Assembly (NCBI GenBank): GCA_031835245.2
Contig: JAVKOQ020000006.1
Span: 310,001-374,000 of the forward strand
DNA: 64,000 bases
Origin: Balamuthia mandrillaris
Taxonomy: Eukaryota
Direction: 5' to 3'
The notes beneath the pieces were generated by a model. It searched no databases. It was not told the origin of the DNA and saw nothing but the letters and a program-made list of their open reading frames with translations. Shown here in pieces: positions 57,001-64,000 of this stretch; the first letter of the stretch is position 1, and each line of letters begins with the position of its first letter. The position numbers and the translations under genes were made by a program.

Positions 57001-60000
57001 CATCTTAAATAGTCCCGGAGGAAAAGTTAAAAGAGCGCATGTCTTATCGGCTCATAGAAAGCAAGACCAATGCCACCAACCGCGAGATTGTAGAGGGTTC
57101 ATTGGGCTCCTTCACTCCTGAGGAATGGTATCGACTTATCGCTCGGTATGTAGAGCAAGGTAAGCCACCTCTTGCTTACATCCACAATACCTTTCTTCTC
57201 CTTGAATTTCGTTTCATCCACAGTGTCAGAAAGTTCCGTTATAAGAGAAGCTGAGACAGAGATTGCCTCAATTGAAGAGCTGAAGCAAACAGCACCAGCA
57301 GGCGAAGGAGTTTGGGGCTTCCGAGCTCCATCTCCAAAGCCTAAAGTTCAACCATTCTTTGGCATACAACTGCCAGCTTTCGTGGAGCCACCAACAGCGA
57401 CGATTCCGCTAGAGGAAGCAGAAACACAAGAAGACCAAGAAGAAGGAGAAGAACAAGAAGGAGAACAAGATGCAGGACTGACAGACCAGGAATACTTTTA
57501 CAGCGAAAGCGAGGAAGCAACGGCAACAGAAGATGAAGATGACTACGAAGAACGAGAAGAGAAGCTTCAGATCTTACGCGAACAGCTCAAGCAAAAATTG
57601 GGACCACCTGGTGTTTCCTCCGCGAGCGCACAGGAGCCACGAGATAAAACCCCTTCACTCCGTAGTTCTAGCGCTTCAGTTGGGCTTCCAAAGTTCACCA
57701 GGCCTGAAGAGGAACCAGAGAAAGCTACGCCTCATGAAACACATGTCCTCAAGGCACCGACCACTACTCCCTGGAGCTCTGAAACAAATCTCTACCAACT
57801 TGGAGTACCATCGCAACCTTATCCTGCTGCTCGTAGTGCTGCGGATAAAGAAGAAAGCTCAACAGCTGCTATCACTGCTCCTTCTCCCGCGGGTGGCCTC
57901 TTTTCCAACCTTCCGTTTATGGCAATTGTGCCTCAACTGTCTATTCAGAAAGCAGAAGAGAAAGAGAAAGAGAAAACGCCCAAGAAGGAAGAGCAACGGC
58001 AAAAAACTCCTCTATCAGGAAAGCGACCACGACTTGTCAAGATGGAAGACGAGGATATCTTACGACGACCTTCACTAGAGGCGGCACAACAAGCGGACAT
58101 CTTACGGAAGAGAAAGAGAGAGGAAGAGCAACAACAAGCCGCTGCGGCTTTGACTGAAGACAAGAGACAACGACTGGAGATGGAGCGAGAAAGAAGTCAG
58201 CGCCTCCTGAAGGATGCACAGAGGCAGAGAGAGTTGGAGAGAATGAGAGAAAAGAGAGAGCAAGAGAAGTTACGGCGTGTGGAGGAGCAGAAGCTTGGTT
58301 TGGCTCAGCTCAAAAGGAAATTGGAACAATCGCTGCTGCGCACAATTTTGATGGGCTGGAAACATTTGTTGGATGAAAGGCGGAAAGAGAGAAGGCGACA
58401 AGAGGAGGTTCGTATTGCATCAAACATGGCCCTCACCCCTTTGCTTCTGACACTTTTTTGTTGTTACAGGAGCGACAAAGTCGTTTAGAACAACAACGTC
58501 ATATTGAGTCGGTGATGAGCGAATCTATCAAAGAAAGTCCTTCGGCCTTCCTTTCCTCTTCCGCTAGACTTAATTGGTTGCTGGGGTCTCGGCGAGACGT
58601 CTCTCCGGTGCCATCAACCTCAGAGCAAGCCTTCCGAGCTGGTAATTTAAGTATAAACATGTACGTTCATCCGCCCTTTTTTTTTCACTTCTTTGCTCCT
58701 CTTCATAGAAAGAATAATATTGCATGAACATGACGATGATGCTTTGCTACTATAGGATGACACCACTGCAGGCCAAAGCTCAACAGAATGCTCTTCACCT
58801 TTACTTGCTTCAAGCCAAACGAAGAATGAGCCGTTTGAGCGCGTATTACTGGTCTTCATTGGACATTCCTTCATTGATCTATCCAAAGCTGCCACAGCAA
58901 CCGTCTCCGTTGTCGCACCGACGAGATCAAGTCGACTACCACTGGAAGCTTCTGTTGTCAACGGAGACCACTGCTCAATTCTCGACAGAAATAGCGAAGG
59001 TTGAATCCGAAGAAATAGAGTTAAAGCGAGGTGCAGAGGCGTGGCTCATTTCCAAATTCACTCGCGGAGGGCTTTCTTCCTCTGACCATTCGAACTCTAC
59101 TTTGTAAGTCCTTTTCCTTTTGTTTTGTTTTCTGCCCTTCCTTTATTTTAAACTTTTTTTCATGTTTACAATTCTATCACAGTGTTCGCACATTATCTCG
59201 CTATCAAACAACCATGCCAAACGTCAAAGACGATAGAGCAACTATCAAGACCATGACCACCGAAAGTAAACTCCACATCTGCATTCACTTATTGGACTTC
59301 CCAACACCATCCTCTGAGCAAGACGTGAAATGGCCAGAGTCATCTCTAGCTGGTGCCGATGCGGTTCTTTTCTTGCTTCCTCCCATTCCTTCTTCAGCAG
59401 CTTTGGCAGAAGATTACTGGTACTGTCAACGCAAACGACTGACTCTGTTAGTATCACGGTTGGATGCTCAGGCAAGCTTGCCTCTGCTGGTTATGTTTAC
59501 GCAGCTTTCTCCTGCACCTCCTTCCGAGCTGCTTGCTGTTTTTGCCACCGTACGTTTCTTGTTTTTTTTGTCTCTTTCTTTTATTTCGCGTATGATATAG
59601 GAACGTAATGACACATCGTTTCATAGATACAAGACAAGCTACAAATTTCCCAATTGCCAAAGGGCAAGGTTCATTATACTCAAGTACTGCCTCTTAACAG
59701 TTACCCGACACCACCCTCTTTGGTCACAACTACCAAACCAAAAACGCTCCTCTCAGCACAGCAACAAACAAAAGAAGAGGAAGAGGAAGACACGTTTCCC
59801 TTCTCCACACTTCGATTGAAAGAAGGTGTGCAATGGTTAGCCTCTCGTAAGCCCAAACCGCCATTGCTTTGCTCTGCCACTCTGCGAGCTATCATTGAGA
59901 TGAGAGTATTACAACACATGGCACCTTATCGTCGTCTCTACCATCGTTTCTTCTCTAGTCAGTCTATTTCTTCTTCGGCAGAGAATGAACGCTTACCACC

Positions 60001-60164
60001 TTTGCACAACAAACGAGTCATCGCTTTGCTACCCGACCTTCGCTCATCCGAGTTCCCTTCTCTTGGCCACTTTGTGCAGCGATACAATGCCATTCTAGAT
60101 TGTCTCAGCAAAGAGCTTACAAATCCTTATCTTCGGGTTGTTCTCTCCTCGCTTTAACCTATCT

Positions 60165-60200
<36 letters not shown>

Positions 60201-61973
60201 CCTCTCCTCTCTATGGTTTTTGTTCTCTTCCTTCTAACGTATCCTTATGAATGCAACAACCAGACAAGGGCCTTCCCCGCACCAGAGTTTATCACCTCCA
60301 ACGCAAAGGAGAAAAGACAACGCAACGTGAAAAAACAGGCACCGCCGGAACCATCGCTCTCCGCTGTTCCTGATGATCTGCTTTGGAACTCTGCGAGCAC
60401 GTTTGCACTCATTCGAAAAGCGATCCAACGCATCAAACTTTCTCCTACAGAGGCTTCATTCTTTGAGAAGGAAGCAGCTCTGACTTCTGGCCTCATCATC
60501 GCTACGACCGAGCGTAAAAACAATGTAACGAATGAAAAACGAAGCTCTCAACAAGTCACACGGTCACGAGCAAAGAAATATATCTTTGATATCTTTCTCG
60601 CGATGTTACATTGGATAGCCAACCTCGAAATAGAAGCAAGAGAAAACGCTCAAGGAAAAGAACAAGGACAAACGAAAGAGGTAGTCTTCTATGGAGTAAC
60701 TTTGAATCATTCCAGCGTAACTCTTGCTACTGAGATAAAGAGCCTCCTCATCGCCCACTATCATTCCGCCTCCAACAACTCTACTTCCTCGATGGTGACT
60801 TCTTTATTGCCACTGCCATGGCACAGAATCTTCGAAGCTATCTTTTTGCACCAGCTGGAGGAGGGACTATCTCCAACAGGCTCTCAACGAGTAGTCTATT
60901 GGTTAGCCGCAGCAGAAGATGTCTCTTTGCATGCAGCATCTCCGTCATTCTCTTCTTCGTTTAACACCACTCCATCTTCATCATTGTTACGGCGAAGAAC
61001 ACGATGGGCGAATTCTTCTTCTTTTACTTCTCCTTCTTCTTCTTTGATAACTTCTGCTTCTTCTCCGCCTCCATTCCTCCCTGCTCCATCGTCGTTCAGC
61101 TTTAGAGAATACTATCACCGAACTTTGGGCAGCACACCTCCTACTTCCACACTTGCTCTTTCTTCATCTTTCACTTCTTCTCCTCTTCGTCCTCTTTCAA
61201 CCGCTTTCACCGGTTCTTCATCATTTTTGGAGGAGAAGGAGAACGAAAAAGAAAAAGAACTGATGGATGAAGGACAAGAGGAAGAAGCAGAGATCTTATC
61301 ATCTTCATTCTATCAGATGGATGAAGCTCTAAACGAAACAAATACTGCTCCTCCGATCATCCTTCAAGATGCCACTCTCAGACGACCTCTTGAAAACGGA
61401 GAAGAGGCAGAAGAAGAAGAAAAAGAACAAGAAGAGAAAAATAAGGAACAGAAGTTGGAAGCAGCAGAACAGGAGAAAGCGAAACGTGCAACCGCCGCAT
61501 TGAAGAAAGCCAAAGAAGAAGCAATGGCGGAACGCCGACAAATAGCCGCTCTTCAACGTTCGGTTTATGACGACCGAGAGAAAGCAGAAGATGAAAGCGA
61601 GGAAGACGAGGGAGGTGAAGGGAGAAACGAATGGGAAGCGTTGTTTTGGCATGTAGCCCAAAGAGAACGACTCGAGTTGCAACTGTTGGACCAAAGCTTG
61701 GAGCAGCTTCACTCTTCCGACTCTGCTGCATCTTTCTTCCTCAACAAACACAACAACAAAGCGACGAAAGAAGCAAAGATGGAAGAAGAAGAACAAGAAG
61801 AAGAAGATGATCTGGAAAATGAAATGGAAAGAGAAGAGGAAGAAGAAGAGATAGATCTGTTGTTGCGGAGAGGAGAGCAAAGCATGCAGCTTGTGGAAGG
61901 TATTCACCGCAGTCGACGAGAGGAACATCACTTGCAGCACCTGTTGGACGAAGCCTTGCTCTCTTCTTCCTAA
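54009..61973 (+). CDS. SAC3: SAC3/GANP (MCM3AP-like, TREX-2 scaffold) with an RGG-rich N-terminus and an apparent 1-nt frameshift near 56428
   Basis: IGTCMAMCP..AVKKYKR..VRPPKVL..YGFVRDRTRAIRQDLTLQ..ARFHI, then NEAEFRAYY and NYSAFFRLV..YLNACLM. Linkage of the long C-terminal exons is inferred. Confidence 0.85.
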
Positions 61974-62027
61974 ACATATCAAACTTTTTTCTTCTCTCTT
62001 TCTTAAAAATAAAACAAAAAGTAAACG

Positions 62028-62231
62028 ATGAAAGCAACAACGAACCACCACCACCACCGAATGGAGAAGCAGCAGAAGGAAGGAGGGGCAGGTCCACGCG
62101 CTGCGCTCTATCGTTTAACACTGGTGCGAACGCCACCGGAGAGGGTGCCCATCGATGAACCTTTTTCTTTGTTTCTTTCTGGTGCGCTTCTCTCTCTCTC
62201 TCTCTCTCTCTCTCCCCTTCTCTTTCTCTCT

Positions 62232-62264
<33 letters not shown>

Positions 62265-63945
62265 CCTCTCTCTCTCTCTCTCTTCTTCTTCTTCTTCTTC
62301 TTCTTCTTCTTCTTCTTCTTCTTCTTCTTCTTCTTCTTCTTCTTCTTCTTCTCTCATCTTATTTTAATCAAAACGATCCACAGTGACGGAAGATTTGGGG
62401 ATAGGAGTGTACTACGGAGATCAGCCCTTGAAGATCCGAGTGGAGGCGCTCTGTTGTGATACCAACAAGCCTTTGCCATTTGCTGTTCGTTGTTTGTGCG
62501 CCGAGTCCGCCTCTTCTTCTGGGCAAACGAAAGAAGAAGATGACGACGGAGGTTGTGCGGTGTTTGAAATGGATCCGTATGGAGGAGGAACGGCGAGCAG
62601 CTACGGCGGCAACTGCTTTGTGCAACTCTGCTTCACCGCAAATGTGCTTCAACATCCACAACAACAAAAGAAGACCACCCCGTCTACGAATAGAAAGCAG
62701 CAGAAGAAGACAAAGAACGAGACGGCGAAGACGACGCCGGTGAAGAGAAGAGCATCGGCGATGGTGAGACTGCGGCTGTCGGTGGTTGGACATTCTTCCT
62801 TGTTTCCGTTGCGTGACAGGGAAGAAGCACAACCTCAATGGAGCCAACTGCAGAGTTGGAAGAACGTCTTTGCAAAGGAGGAAGACGGAGACGAGGAGAA
62901 GAAAGAAGCCGGGGAAGAAGGAGAAGCCAATACTCGGTTTCACGTTTTGTCGGTAACGTCATCTCCTATTCATGTTTGGATGCCTGGCGAGGAAGAAGAA
63001 ACAGAAGGAGAGAGCAACAGCAACACGAAACGTGCGAGAACAGATAACAGAGCACAACAAAGAAAAGGAGCAAAGAACAACAACAATTCAACAAAGAAAA
63101 AAGGAGCAGCAACACCGAAAAGAAAGACGCAACGACTCGTTGAACGACATCTCGATTGTGCTTTCTTCAAGAAGGAAGGAGATAAGCCTACGACAAAAGA
63201 CATTTGCATCGTGGAGGAAGCTCAGAGAACTTCTCTTGGGTCCTTCCTCGCTGATGGTGGCATCGCTCTTGCATCGTTTCTTCACCACGTTTACTCCCCT
63301 TCCTCGCGCCCACTACAACGGAAATGCATACCAGAAGGAATACCAGAACAAGCAGAGAGGACATCCGTGTTGGAATTGGGAAGTGGAACGGGACTAGTGG
63401 GAATGGTGTGCAGCTGTCTCGGAATGCAGAGCACCACTTTAACGGACCTTCCAGAGCTGGTCGACCTCCTTCGCCAAAACATAGCCACCAACTTTCCTCT
63501 TTTCAACGCACACGCAGACGGAGAGAAAGAAGAAGAACAACAAGGGATGCAAGTGCAGCCATTGGATTGGGCCGATGAACACCATCTAAGCCGCTTGCTT
63601 CATCAGAGAAGAAAGAATACAGGGAGGAAAGAAGGAGAAACAGAAGAGGAGGAAGAAGCATCATTTCCATTCAATTTGATTGTAGCAGCAGATGTAACGT
63701 ACAGTCCCGATTGTTGCGAAGCGTTGTTACGACTGTTACAAGAGATACAACACCGATGGCGCAAACATCAACACCAAGGAAATGCAACGAAAGGAGACGG
63801 AGAACGATTGACGTGCATCATTGGTTATAAACAAAGAACAGATGAAGAGGCGGATTGGTTCTTCAAGCAAGCAGAGGAACACTTTGAGCTGCGGTGCTTT
63901 GCCACTCCTTTCCTTCATTCTTACATCGTACTTCTTACAATGTGA
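62028..63945 (+). CDS. Methyltransferase family 16 (METTL21-like) protein with an N-terminal extension
   Basis: SLGSFLADGGIALA, VLELGSGTGLVG (motif I), TLTDL, LDW and LIVAADVTY (DxxY). One microsatellite-filled intron at about 62182-62383. Confidence 0.85.
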
Positions 63946-64000
63946 TTGAACTCTTCCACTGTTTCCTTCTCCGTCCTCTCTTCGTTTCGCGAAAAGTACA

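Overview
This is eukaryotic nuclear DNA, gene-dense and full of short GT-AG introns that are often packed with (CT)n/(CTT)n microsatellites. Gene content and style suggest a free-living amoebozoan or similar protist (inference only). I assembled about 23 spliced protein genes by hand from the ORF track and splice signals, so the exon boundaries are my reading. Recognisable genes are SEC61 gamma, CPSF3, ATG2, GPC1-type acyltransferase, PhnW-type aminoethylphosphonate transaminase, LhgO/L2HGDH, an AlkK-type acyl-CoA ligase, a GATA factor, an F-box/LRR protein, SAC3/GANP, an ARM-RhoGEF, a BTB-SPRY protein, a PTEN-like phosphatase and a METTL21-like methyltransferase. The most interesting items are four. 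(1) A tandem pair of secreted, probably GPI-anchored histidine-brace proteins (LPMO-like) that mix motifs from several AA families and share conserved promoters. (2) A fusion of a Pol-beta-type nucleotidyltransferase with an apparently degenerate T4 Rnl1-like RNA ligase, whose 3' end overlaps CPSF3. (3) An intronless UBZ-like/zinc-ribbon/GIY-YIG protein resembling a domesticated phage or viral endonuclease. (4) A TAATAGGG motif upstream of three mRNA-maturation genes. I recognised no rRNA, tRNA, CRISPR array or transposon.
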